Below, piece after piece: positions 38,568 to 45,889 of a DNA stretch of 64,000 nt; the stretch's first letter is position 1, and every line of letters begins with the position of its first letter. The notes below the pieces were generated by a model. The model did no database searches. It was not told the DNA's origin and saw only the letters and a program-made list of their open reading frames with translations. The stretch is from Acutalibacteraceae bacterium (GTDB lineage: Bacteria; Bacillota; Clostridia; Oscillospirales; Acutalibacteraceae): assembly GCA_045656545.1 (NCBI GenBank), contig JAZORF010000002.1:11072-75071 (forward strand). The letters are read 5' to 3'. The position numbers were made by a program, and so were the translations under genes.

Positions 38568-38642
38568 GGCCCGTTGGTCAAGCGGTTAAGACACCGCCCT
38601 TTCACGGCGGTAACATGGGTTCGATTCCCGTACGGGTCACCA
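38568..38642 (+). tRNA. tRNA-Glu (UUC)
   Basis: GGCCCGTTGGTCAAGCGGTTAAGACACCGCCCTTTCACGGCGG..GGGTCACCA. Near-identical to Bacillus tRNA-Glu. Confidence 0.92.
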
Positions 38643-38650
38643 TCCCGATA

Positions 38651-38681
38651 CCCCTTGTGTCATTGACCACGAGGGGTTTTT
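38651..38681 (+). terminator. Terminator-like hairpin inside the tRNA cluster
   Basis: Stem CCCCTTGTG/CACGAGGGG (one mismatch, a G-U pair in RNA) followed by T5, between tRNA-Glu and tRNA-His. Confidence 0.6.
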
Positions 38682-38692
38682 CGGGCCTATTT

Positions 38693-38770
38693 GGTGGGTA
38701 TGGCGCAGTTGGCTAGCGCGCCAGATTGTGGCTCTGGAGGCCGAGGGTTCGAGTCCCTTTACCCACCCCA
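38693..38770 (+). tRNA. tRNA-His (GUG) with encoded G-1 and CCA
   Basis: GGTGGGTATGGCGCAGTTGGCTAGCGCGCCAGATTGTGGCTCTGG..ACCCACCCCA. The anticodon loop is TTGTGGC. Confidence 0.9.
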
Positions 38771-38813
38771 TTTTAAAAAGAATGGCACGCATTACTGCGT
38801 GCCGTTATAATAT

Positions 38814-38989
38814 AGAGGTGTCGCCAAGCGGTAAGGCACGGGATTTTGATTCCCGCATCCGTAGGTTCGGCGTAGCAGTTGAGTTGCAAAGCAAATCAAC
38901 TGTGAAGTCTCGAGCAAGGCAAGTTTTTTCGGACACCGCTTAGAGCGGTCGAAAAAACGCCTGCGCAGAGTACCCTGCCACCTCTGCCA
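38814..38989 (+). pseudogene. tRNA-Gln (UUG) copy interrupted in the T-loop by a 104-nt structured insert
   Basis: 38814-38869 is identical to nt 1-56 of the intact copy at 39008, and 38974-38989 is identical to its last 16 nt. In between, 104 nt replace the three T-loop bases AAT. Confidence 0.6.
38870..38973 (+). other. Structured insert within the tRNA-Gln T-loop
   Basis: Closing helix GGCG (38869-38872) / CGCC (38958-38961). Hairpin CAGTTGA (38876-38882) / TCAACTG (38896-38902). Long hairpin TTTTTTCG-gac-ACCGC-ttaga-GCGGT-CGAAAAAA (38924-38957). Confidence 0.55.
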
Positions 38990-39007
38990 TTTGAATTTAA
39001 TAAATAT

Positions 39008-39082
39008 AGAGGTGTCGCCAAGCGGTAAGGCACGGGATTTTGATTCCCGCATCCGTAGGTTCGAATCCTGCCACCTCTGCCA
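39008..39082 (+). tRNA. tRNA-Gln (UUG), intact copy
   Basis: AGAGGTGTCGCCAAGCGGTAAGGCACGGGATTTTGATTCCCGCATCCGTAGGTTCGAATCCTGCCACCTCTGCCA. Cloverleaf folds by eye; anticodon TTG. Confidence 0.9.
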
Positions 39083-39083
39083 G

Positions 39084-39118
39084 AAAAAACTCCTTGAGAA
39101 ATTCTCAAGGAGTTTTTT
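39084..39118 (+). terminator. Intrinsic terminator of the tRNA operon
   Basis: A6-CTCCTTGAGAA-a-TTCTCAAGGAG-T6. Confidence 0.88.
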
Positions 39119-39120
39119 CA

Positions 39121-39290
39121 ATGATGTTTGCCTTACGGCAAATGATGTCGCTTGCGCTAATGATGACGGCTTTGTCTAATGATGTCGCTTCGCTAATGTT
39201 TTGTGGAAAATATCGCATCATTTTCGGCGTAGCCCAATACATCATATTTGCGAATCAAATGCATCATATCGCCGTAATGCGATGCATCAT
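39121..39290 (+). repeat. Periodic hexamer / mini-hairpin inverted-repeat element, copy R2 (candidate structured ncRNA)
   Basis: ATGATG at 39121, 39142, 39160, 39179, then CATCAT at 39216, 39240, 39262, 39285. Spacers form hairpins (39128-39141, 39246-39260, 39268-39283). Confidence 0.65.
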
Positions 39291-39347
39291 TTAAATATTT
39301 TTAGAATTGTTCATCTTTTCAAAAAATAAGATTAGTTACTCCTTCGC

Positions 39348-39390
39348 AACTAACAACCCTAACTGCTGAGTTAAGGTTGTTAGTTTTTTA
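39348..39390 (+). terminator. Strong orphan intrinsic terminator downstream of R2
   Basis: 17-bp stem AACTAACAACCCTAACT/AGTTAAGGTTGTTAGTT (one mismatch) with a GCTG loop, followed by T-rich TTTTTA. No ORF precedes it on the + strand. Confidence 0.8.
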
Positions 39391-39397
39391 TTCCATA

Positions 39398-39426
39398 TTG
39401 ATTTTATTTTCAAAAAGTGTTATAAT
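39398..39426 (+). promoter_or_regulatory. Sigma-A-type promoter for the nfnAB-like operon
   Basis: TTGATT, 17-nt spacer, TATAAT. Confidence 0.55.
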
Positions 39427-39501
39427 GCAAGTCTACACTGTAAGAAATTGATATCGGTGGTTGTCGGGGGCTCGATACCGCCTTTTAAATGAGGAATATA
39501 A

Positions 39502-40356
39502 ATGTACAAAATAGTTGAAAAAAAGATATTAAATCCCACCGTGGTGCAACTTCAGATTGAGGCTCCCCTTGTAGCAAATAAGGCGCGCCCCGGTCAGTTT
39601 ATCATTCTTCGTGTTGACGAGGATGGTGAGCGTATTCCTTTGACTGTTGCAGGTGTAAACAAAGACAAAGGCCTTGTAAAAATCATATATCAGATTGTGG
39701 GCGCCACTACCAAAAAACTTTCTTATAAGCAAGCAGGGGACTATCTTCAGGATTTTGTAGGTCCTCTTGGCGTAGCAACCCACCTTGACGGACTAAAAAA
39801 GGTTTGTGTTGTTGGCGGCGGAGTCGGATGCGCTATTGCTCTGCCTATTGCTGAGGCGCTTAAAGAAATGGGCGCAGATGTTACAAGCATAATCGGTTTT
39901 AGAAGCAAAGACCTTGTTATTCTTGAAGATGAGTTTAAATCTTGCTCAAACACCTTAAACATTATGACCGATGACGGCTCATACGGTGAAAAAGGCAATG
40001 TTACCATTCCTCTTAAAGAGATGCTTGAAAAGGGCGAACAGTTCGATATGATTATCACCATCGGACCCCTTGTTATGATGAAATATGTTGTTGAAACGGC
40101 ACGACCTTTCGGTACTCCCGTAACCGCCTCTATGAATCCCATTATGATTGACGGAACGGGAATGTGTGGCGGCTGCCGACTTACCTTAAACGTTGACGGC
40201 AAAAAAGTTACTAAATTTGCCTGTGTTGACGGACCCGATTTTAACGGCTACGAAATAGATTTTGACGAAGCCATGTTAAGAGGCAGAATGTACTCATCCT
40301 TTGAGCGTCACGCTTATGAGGATACTTGCAACCTTTTTAATAAGGAGGTGCGCTAA
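39502..40356 (+). CDS. Sulfide/dihydroorotate-dehydrogenase-like FAD/NAD-binding subunit (NfnA-like)
   Basis: 284 aa. C-terminal 2Fe-2S motif 'GTGMCGGCR...CVDGP'. Abuts the gltD-like gene. Confidence 0.8.
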   Translation: MYKIVEKKILNPTVVQLQIEAPLVANKARPGQFIILRVDEDGERIPLTVAGVNKDKGLVKIIYQIVGATTKKLSYKQAGDYLQDFVGPLGVATHLDGLKKVCVVGGGVGCAIALPIAEALKEMGADVTSIIGFRSKDLVILEDEFKSCSNTLNIMTDDGSYGEKGNVTIPLKEMLEKGEQFDMIITIGPLVMMKYVVETARPFGTPVTASMNPIMIDGTGMCGGCRLTLNVDGKKVTKFACVDGPDFNGYEIDFDEAMLRGRMYSSFERHAYEDTCNLFNKEVR

Positions 40357-41772
40357 ATGGCAAAAACAAATATGTCGCTTACCCGCAATGTAATGCCTAC
40401 TCAGGATGCTGCCACGCGCGCCCATAATTTTGACGAGGTTGCATTGGGCTATAGCGAAGAAACGGCAATCAACGAAGCAATGCGTTGCCTTGACTGTAAA
40501 AATATGCCCTGTGTTTCAGGTTGCCCTGTTAAAATTCACATTCCCCAGTTTATAGGCAAAATCAAAGAGGGGGATTTTGAAGGAGCCTATCAGGTTATTG
40601 CAAAATCATCCTCACTTCCTGCTGTTTGCGGAAGAGTTTGCCCGCAGGAGACACAGTGCGAGTCCAAATGTGTGCGCGGCATTAAGGGCGAATCGGTTGG
40701 TATTGGCAGACTTGAAAGATTTGTTGCCGATTGGCACAATACCTTTTGCACAGATGCCCCAGTCCGCCCCCAAAGTAACGGACACAAGGTGGCAGTTGTA
40801 GGTTCAGGTCCCTCTGGGCTGACTTGCGCAGGTGACCTTGCCAAAAAGGGCTATGAAGTAACTGTTTTTGAGGCGCTTCATACTGCAGGCGGTGTGTTGG
40901 TTTACGGCATTCCTGAATTCAGACTTCCCAAGGCTATCGTGGCAAAAGAGGTTGAAACTCTTAAAAAACTTGGGGTTAAAATTGAAACCAATGTTGTTAT
41001 TGGCAAAACCTTGACAGTTGACGAACTTTTTGACGGAGGTTTTGAAGCGGTCTTTATAGGCTCAGGCGCAGGACTTCCTAATTTTATGGGAATTCCCGGT
41101 GAAGCCTTTAACGGAGTTTATTCTGCAAATGAATTCTTAACCCGCAGCAACCTGATGAAATCATATCTTGACAATCCCCAAACACCCATTATGAAGGGTG
41201 GAAAGGTTGCCGTTGTTGGCGGTGGCAACGTTGCTATGGATGCCGCAAGAACGGCACTGCGTTTAGGTGCAGATAAGGTCTACGTCGTATATCGTCGCTC
41301 TATGGATGAGCTTCCTGCAAGGCGGGAAGAGGTTGAGCACGCTGAGGAAGAGGGAATTGAATTCAAACTTCTTTGTAATCCCATCGAAATTATTGGTTAC
41401 AACAATCCCAATGACCCAAAAGACGCTAAAAACGGCTTTGTTACGGGTATGACCTGTGTAAAAATGGAATTGGGTGAACCCGACGAGCGTGGCAGACGCC
41501 GTCCCGTAGTTGTTGAGGGCAGTGAGTTTACCATTGATGTGGACACTGTGATTATGTCTATCGGAACGTCACCTAATCCCCTTATTAAATCCACAACAGA
41601 GGGACTTGAGGTTAACAATCGAGGCGGAATTGTGGTAAATGAAGATGGATTAACAACACGAACTGGCGTTTATGCCGGCGGTGACGCCGTAACAGGCGCC
41701 GCAACCGTTATTTCTGCAATGGGTGCAGGAAAGACTGCCGCCAAGGCAATAGATGAATATTTAAGCAAATAA
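40357..41772 (+). CDS. NADPH-dependent glutamate-synthase small-chain homologue (NfnB/GltA-like)
   Basis: 471 aa. Fe-S motifs 'CLDCKNMPCVSGCP' and 'CGRVCPQETQCESKC'. Rossmann folds 'VAVVGSGPSGLTCA' and 'VAVVGGGNVAMDAA'. Confidence 0.85.
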   Translation: MAKTNMSLTRNVMPTQDAATRAHNFDEVALGYSEETAINEAMRCLDCKNMPCVSGCPVKIHIPQFIGKIKEGDFEGAYQVIAKSSSLPAVCGRVCPQETQCESKCVRGIKGESVGIGRLERFVADWHNTFCTDAPVRPQSNGHKVAVVGSGPSGLTCAGDLAKKGYEVTVFEALHTAGGVLVYGIPEFRLPKAIVAKEVETLKKLGVKIETNVVIGKTLTVDELFDGGFEAVFIGSGAGLPNFMGIPGEAFNGVYSANEFLTRSNLMKSYLDNPQTPIMKGGKVAVVGGGNVAMDAARTALRLGADKVYVVYRRSMDELPARREEVEHAEEEGIEFKLLCNPIEIIGYNNPNDPKDAKNGFVTGMTCVKMELGEPDERGRRRPVVVEGSEFTIDVDTVIMSIGTSPNPLIKSTTEGLEVNNRGGIVVNEDGLTTRTGVYAGGDAVTGAATVISAMGAGKTAAKAIDEYLSK

Positions 41773-41776
41773 CCTT

Positions 41777-41813
41777 ACAAGGATAAAGTTTTTTCTTTAT
41801 CCTTGTCTTTTTT
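41777..41813 (+). terminator. Intrinsic terminator
   Basis: 12-bp stem ACAAGGATAAAG/CTTTATCCTTGT followed by a T-run. Confidence 0.85.
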
Positions 41814-41814
41814 C

Positions 41815-41843
41815 TTTACATATCTGATTGTTTGGTGTATAAT
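41815..41843 (+). promoter_or_regulatory. Sigma-A-type promoter for fucO
   Basis: TTTACA, 17-nt spacer, TATAAT. Confidence 0.55.
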
Positions 41844-41878
41844 AACATTGTTAAAAAATTAACAAAGGAGTTTTCACT

Positions 41879-43027
41879 ATGGCAAACAGATTTGTACTTA
41901 ACGAAACTAGTTATCACGGAAAGGGTGCGATTGCATCAATCGCAACCGAGATTAAAGCAAGAGCTTTCAAAAAGGCTTTTGTATGCTCTGACCCTGACCT
42001 TATCAAGTTCGGTGTTACCAAAAAGGTGACTGATATTCTTGATGGCGCTGCCATTGCTTACGAAATTTATAGTGATATTAAGCCCAATCCCACCATTGAG
42101 AATGTTCAAAACGGTGTTGCCACATTCAAAGCAAGCGGTGCAGATTGCATTGTTGCTATCGGTGGTGGCTCATCTATGGATACTGCAAAGGCGATCGGTA
42201 TTATCATTGAGAACCCCGAATTTGCCGATGTTCGTTCATTAGAGGGTGTTGCACCTACCAAGAATCCTTGCACTCCTATTATTGCAGTTCCCACCACTGC
42301 AGGTACTGCCGCAGAGGTTACTATCAACTATGTTATCACTGATGCTGAAAATAATCGCAAAATGGTTTGCGTAGACGTTCACGACATTCCTGTTGTTGCA
42401 GTTGTTGACCCCGATATGATGGCTTCTATGCCTAAGGGACTTACCGCTGCTACCGGTATGGATGCCCTTACCCACGCTATCGAGGGCTACATTACCAAGG
42501 GTGCATGGGAAATGAGCGATATGTTCCACATTAAAGCTATCGAGATTATCGCAAAGTCACTCCGTGGTGCAGTTGCTAATACCGACGAAGGCAGAGAGGG
42601 TATGGCTCTCGGCCAGTATATTGCAGGTATGGGCTTTTCTAACGTTGGTCTTGGTATCGTTCACTCTATGGCACACCCACTTGGCGCGGTATATGACACT
42701 CCTCACGGTGTTGCAAACGCTATCATTCTTCCCACTGTTATGGAGTATAACGCTCCCGCAACAGGTGAGAAGTACAGAGATATTGCAAAGGCTATGGGTG
42801 TTGATGGTGTAGATGCTATGACTCTTGAAGATGCAAGAAAGTCTGCTATTGATGCTGTTAAGCAGTTGTCACTTGATGTTGGCATCCCTGCCGACCTTAA
42901 AGAGATTGTTAAGGCAGAGGATATTGACTTCCTTTCACAGTCTGCATTTGATGACGCTTGCCGTCCCGGTAACCCCCGTGAAACCAGCGTAGAGGAAATC
43001 AAAGAGCTTTATCTTAAGTTAATGTAA
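41879..43027 (+). CDS. fucO: Iron-containing alcohol dehydrogenase, lactaldehyde reductase type
   Basis: 382 aa. Long collinear similarity to E. coli FucO as I recall it ('NPEFADVRSLEG', 'PTTAGTAAEVTINYVITD', 'GFSNVGLG.VH.MAHPLGA.Y.TPHGVANAI'). Confidence 0.88.
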   Translation: MANRFVLNETSYHGKGAIASIATEIKARAFKKAFVCSDPDLIKFGVTKKVTDILDGAAIAYEIYSDIKPNPTIENVQNGVATFKASGADCIVAIGGGSSMDTAKAIGIIIENPEFADVRSLEGVAPTKNPCTPIIAVPTTAGTAAEVTINYVITDAENNRKMVCVDVHDIPVVAVVDPDMMASMPKGLTAATGMDALTHAIEGYITKGAWEMSDMFHIKAIEIIAKSLRGAVANTDEGREGMALGQYIAGMGFSNVGLGIVHSMAHPLGAVYDTPHGVANAIILPTVMEYNAPATGEKYRDIAKAMGVDGVDAMTLEDARKSAIDAVKQLSLDVGIPADLKEIVKAEDIDFLSQSAFDDACRPGNPRETSVEEIKELYLKLM

Positions 43028-43034
43028 TTAAAAA

Positions 43035-43075
43035 AGCGGCGGCAGAGGTCTTCCTCTGTCACCGCTATCTTTTTG
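43035..43075 (+). terminator. Intrinsic terminator
   Basis: Stem AGCGGCGGCAGAGG/CCTCTGTCACCGCT (imperfect) followed by a T-run. Confidence 0.75.
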
Positions 43076-43115
43076 TTTTAAAGATAAATACTACCAAAAA
43101 TCCCCTTTGTTTTTA

Positions 43116-43144
43116 TTGACAAACGAAGTTGTTTAATATAAAAT
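43116..43144 (+). promoter_or_regulatory. Sigma-A-type promoter for glnA
   Basis: TTGACA, 17-nt spacer, TAAAAT. Confidence 0.55.
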
Positions 43145-43174
43145 AATATCATCAAAAATGAAAGAAGTGTGAAT

Positions 43175-44599
43175 ATGGGCAAATCTATTAAAGACATTGT
43201 CAAATTTATAAAAGACAATGATATTAAAATGGTTGACTTTAAAATGGTGGATATCAACGGTCAATTCCGCCACGTAACTATCCCTGCATACAGTTTTTCT
43301 GAAGAAACTATGGAAAAGGGTATCGGATTTGATGCCTCTAACTACGGTTATGCAGTTGTTGAAAAAAGCGATATGGTCTTTATTCCTGACCCCGATACTG
43401 CTATGATTGACCCCTTCTGTGAGATTCCTACTCTTACAATGAGCGGTAACGCCATGATTATCGACTCTCCCGCCAACAGACCTTTGGCACAGTATCCCCG
43501 TAACATCGTCCTTGCCGCAGAAAAGTTTATGCGCGACAGCGGTGTTGCTGATGAAATGTTTATTCTTCCTGAGTTTGAGTTTTATCTTTTCGACCAGGTA
43601 GGTTGGGAAGTACAACCCGATTCAATCTCTGTGTGCCTTGACGCTAAGCAGTCATACTGGAACAGTTTTGAGCAAGGTCTCGGTCATATCGTTCCCAAGC
43701 AGAAGGCTTATCACATTGCCAAGCCTTACGACACTTCTTATGAGTGCCGCAGCGAAATGTGTCTGCTAATGGAACAGGCAGGCATTAAGGTTAAGTATCA
43801 TCATCCCGAAGTTGCCGCTTCAGGTCAGTTCGAGATTGAGCCTCAGCTTGGCGAAATGTCCAAAATGGCAGATGCTACAATGACCATTAAGTATATTATT
43901 AAGAACACTGCCGCAAAATACGGCAAGAGTGCAACTCTTATGCCTAAGCCCATTTATGGCGAGGCAGGCAGCGGTATGCACGTTCATATGCTTCTTATGA
44001 AGGATGGCAAGCCCGTATTTTCTGACGATGCAGGCTACGCTCACCTTAGCGAGACTGCTCACTACTTTATCGGCGGTCTTTTAAAGCACATTGGTGCTCT
44101 TTGCGCTATCTCTAACCCTAGCACCAACTCATTCAAGCGTCTTGTTCCCGGTTTTGAGGCTCCCGTAACCGTTGGCTACGCTACTTCTAACCGCAGTGCA
44201 GTTATCCGCATCCCTGCTTACGCAAAGCAGCCTGAGGAGCGCCGCTTTGAAATCCGCAATCCTGATGCAACTTGCAACCCCTATTTCTGCTATGCCGCAT
44301 TGCTTATGGCAGGTCTTGACGGTGTTAAGAATAAGATTGACCCCCACGCAAACGGCTGGGGCCCCTTCGATGTTAACCTTTACAATCTGCCTGAGGAAGA
44401 AAAGGCAAAGCTTCAGGGCTTGCCCACTTCTTTGGAGGGTGCTTTGGATGCACTTGAAGCAGACTACGGCTTCTTGATGGAAGGCGGAGTATTCCCCGAA
44501 GAACTTATCAAAAACTTCATTAAGACCAAGCGTGATGAGTGCCGTCAGCTTGCTGCAGTTCCTCACCCCGCCGAGTTTGATAAGTATTATAATCTGTAA
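43175..44599 (+). CDS. glnA: Glutamine synthetase
   Basis: ORF trimmed to ATG 43175. About 474 aa with GS catalytic-domain motifs 'KPIYGEAGSGMHVHM' and 'NSFKRLVPGFEAP'. Confidence 0.92.
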   Translation: MGKSIKDIVKFIKDNDIKMVDFKMVDINGQFRHVTIPAYSFSEETMEKGIGFDASNYGYAVVEKSDMVFIPDPDTAMIDPFCEIPTLTMSGNAMIIDSPANRPLAQYPRNIVLAAEKFMRDSGVADEMFILPEFEFYLFDQVGWEVQPDSISVCLDAKQSYWNSFEQGLGHIVPKQKAYHIAKPYDTSYECRSEMCLLMEQAGIKVKYHHPEVAASGQFEIEPQLGEMSKMADATMTIKYIIKNTAAKYGKSATLMPKPIYGEAGSGMHVHMLLMKDGKPVFSDDAGYAHLSETAHYFIGGLLKHIGALCAISNPSTNSFKRLVPGFEAPVTVGYATSNRSAVIRIPAYAKQPEERRFEIRNPDATCNPYFCYAALLMAGLDGVKNKIDPHANGWGPFDVNLYNLPEEEKAKLQGLPTSLEGALDALEADYGFLMEGGVFPEELIKNFIKTKRDECRQLAAVPHPAEFDKYYNL

Positions 44600-44607
44600 T
44601 AACACAA

Positions 44608-44638
44608 AATCCCGATTCAACTGAATCGGGATTTTTTT
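44608..44638 (+). terminator. Intrinsic terminator after glnA
   Basis: Stem AATCCCGATTCA/TGAATCGGGATT followed by a T-run. Confidence 0.88.
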
Positions 44639-44706
44639 ATGCCTCCCTTGCCTAAAGGAAGGTGGCAAAACCGTAGGTTTTGACGGAGGGATATAACAAA
44701 TATGCG

Positions 44707-45786
44707 TTATTCCTCAACATAATTCAACAACTTAAACTCATAAACGCCATTGCCGTGAGAGGTAAGGGTAAAGGTATAATCACCCTTATAATTCGAAATA
44801 TCCCACCAACAAGGCTCGCAGTCCTTTTCATCAAGCACAACCTTGCCACTTGCATTTTTGATTACAAGGTCATAGGATTGCTGAGAATCATAGAAGGTAG
44901 CAGGTCCCTTAGCATCAATGCACAAGCGGTTAACACTGCCGTCGGCAGTAAATGTACCCATAATTTTTTGCTCGCCCGTTACAACGCCAAAGGCGATAGG
45001 GGACTTAGCAACAATGAAACTGCTTGGTATGTTAGTATGTATGTTTGTGGGTTGCTCCTCCGATTTTTTTACAGTGCAACGGGCAACTCCATCAATACCG
45101 CTTGTGGTGATTGTATACTCACCTTTTGTTAAGAAAAACTTGCGGTAGTACCACTCAGTTTCGTGAATGGAAACCTTGTCTGCAATAATATTGCCTTTGC
45201 TATCCTCAATTTTAAAGGTGCAGTCGCTTTCAAAGGTGCAAAGTTCACCGCAGTTAATGTCATAAAGGCCGTCTTCTTTGGCGGTAAAGGTGAATTTTGT
45301 ATTTTTACCGCTAACTTTTGCGGCGGCAACGCCACCACCAACAGTTACAGTCTGTGCCTCGTCGGTATCGGGTGCAAATCCCCAGGAAACAAAAGCCTTT
45401 TTCATATCCTTAAACTTTTTGTCAAATGTAATTTTAGCGGTAACAGTGCCTTTTTCAAAGCGGATTTTATCGGTGTAACCCCCCGAAATATCATCAAACT
45501 TGTGCAAAACCTTGCCCTTATTGTCCAAAAATTCCAACCGTGCCTTGTTAAAACCGTCGGGCCAAACCTCATATTCCGTGTTATCGTATGCAAGCAGTTT
45601 GATATATCCCGCCTCAGAAAGCACAAAATCAATCTGCAACTTTCCGCCTGTCAGTTCAATGTCTTTTCCATCCACAACAGGCTCTTTTGCAAGGTCAATT
45701 GTGACGGCGGTTATGGGTTTGTTGCATCCGCAAAACAGGGTGAGGAAAAGAGCGACAACCAAAAGCACAGAGAAAAACCTTTTCAT
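44707..45786 (-). CDS. Lipoprotein of unknown function with three beta-rich modules
   Basis: 359 aa. Signal peptide plus lipobox 'LTLFCGC'. Recurring module ends 'EKGTVTAKITF', 'TKGEYTITTSG', 'YKGDYTFTLTSHG'. Confidence 0.7.
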   Translation of the reverse strand: MKRFFSVLLVVALFLTLFCGCNKPITAVTIDLAKEPVVDGKDIELTGGKLQIDFVLSEAGYIKLLAYDNTEYEVWPDGFNKARLEFLDNKGKVLHKFDDISGGYTDKIRFEKGTVTAKITFDKKFKDMKKAFVSWGFAPDTDEAQTVTVGGGVAAAKVSGKNTKFTFTAKEDGLYDINCGELCTFESDCTFKIEDSKGNIIADKVSIHETEWYYRKFFLTKGEYTITTSGIDGVARCTVKKSEEQPTNIHTNIPSSFIVAKSPIAFGVVTGEQKIMGTFTADGSVNRLCIDAKGPATFYDSQQSYDLVIKNASGKVVLDEKDCEPCWWDISNYKGDYTFTLTSHGNGVYEFKLLNYVEE

Positions 45787-45857
45787 ACAACTCCAACCTT
45801 TCGCAAGGATTTTACAACCTCAATGTAGCATAAATTAAAGCAACTGTCAACAATATG

Positions 45858-45885
45858 TGAAAACCCCGACGGTACCGTCGGGGTT
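45858..45885 (-). terminator. Intrinsic terminator after rubrerythrin
   Basis: Palindrome AACCCCGACGGTACCGTCGGGGTT followed by a short U-run on the minus strand. Confidence 0.7.
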
Positions 45886-45889
45886 AATT

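Noticed and set aside
38870-38973. Group I or group II intron in tRNA-Gln.
   Set aside because: At 104 nt it is far too short. It sits in the T-loop rather than the anticodon loop. I see no P7/G-binding-site-like or domain V-like features.
38393-39294. ORF-track entries across the tRNA cluster on both strands (38393-38716, 38728-38943, 38792-39121, 38896-39108, 38991-39179, 39040-39294).
   Set aside because: They are read-throughs of tRNA genes and their duplicates. The repeated peptide 'RIRTYGCGNQNPVPYRLATPLY' simply mirrors the duplicated tRNA-Gln.
39121-39294. 57-aa hydrophobic ORF (MMFALRQMMSLALMM...) starting 8 nt after GGAG. I considered it as a type I toxin.
   Set aside because: The GGAG is the 3' arm of the terminator stem. 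The homologous element R1 has no equivalent ORF (stop after 7 codons). The periodic ATGATG pattern explains the Met-rich frame.
43076-43174. GlnR/TnrA box (TGTNAN7TNACA) or a glutamine riboswitch upstream of glnA.
   Set aside because: No 17-nt site fitting the consensus was found by eye, and the leader is only about 25 nt.
44640-44700. 60-nt multi-stem segment (CCTCC..GGAGG enclosing TTGCC..GGCAA and AAAACC-gta-GGTTTT) between glnA and the lipoprotein gene.
   Set aside because: It is most simply the terminator region of the convergent lipoprotein gene. It has no repeats elsewhere in the window and nothing distinctive enough to report.
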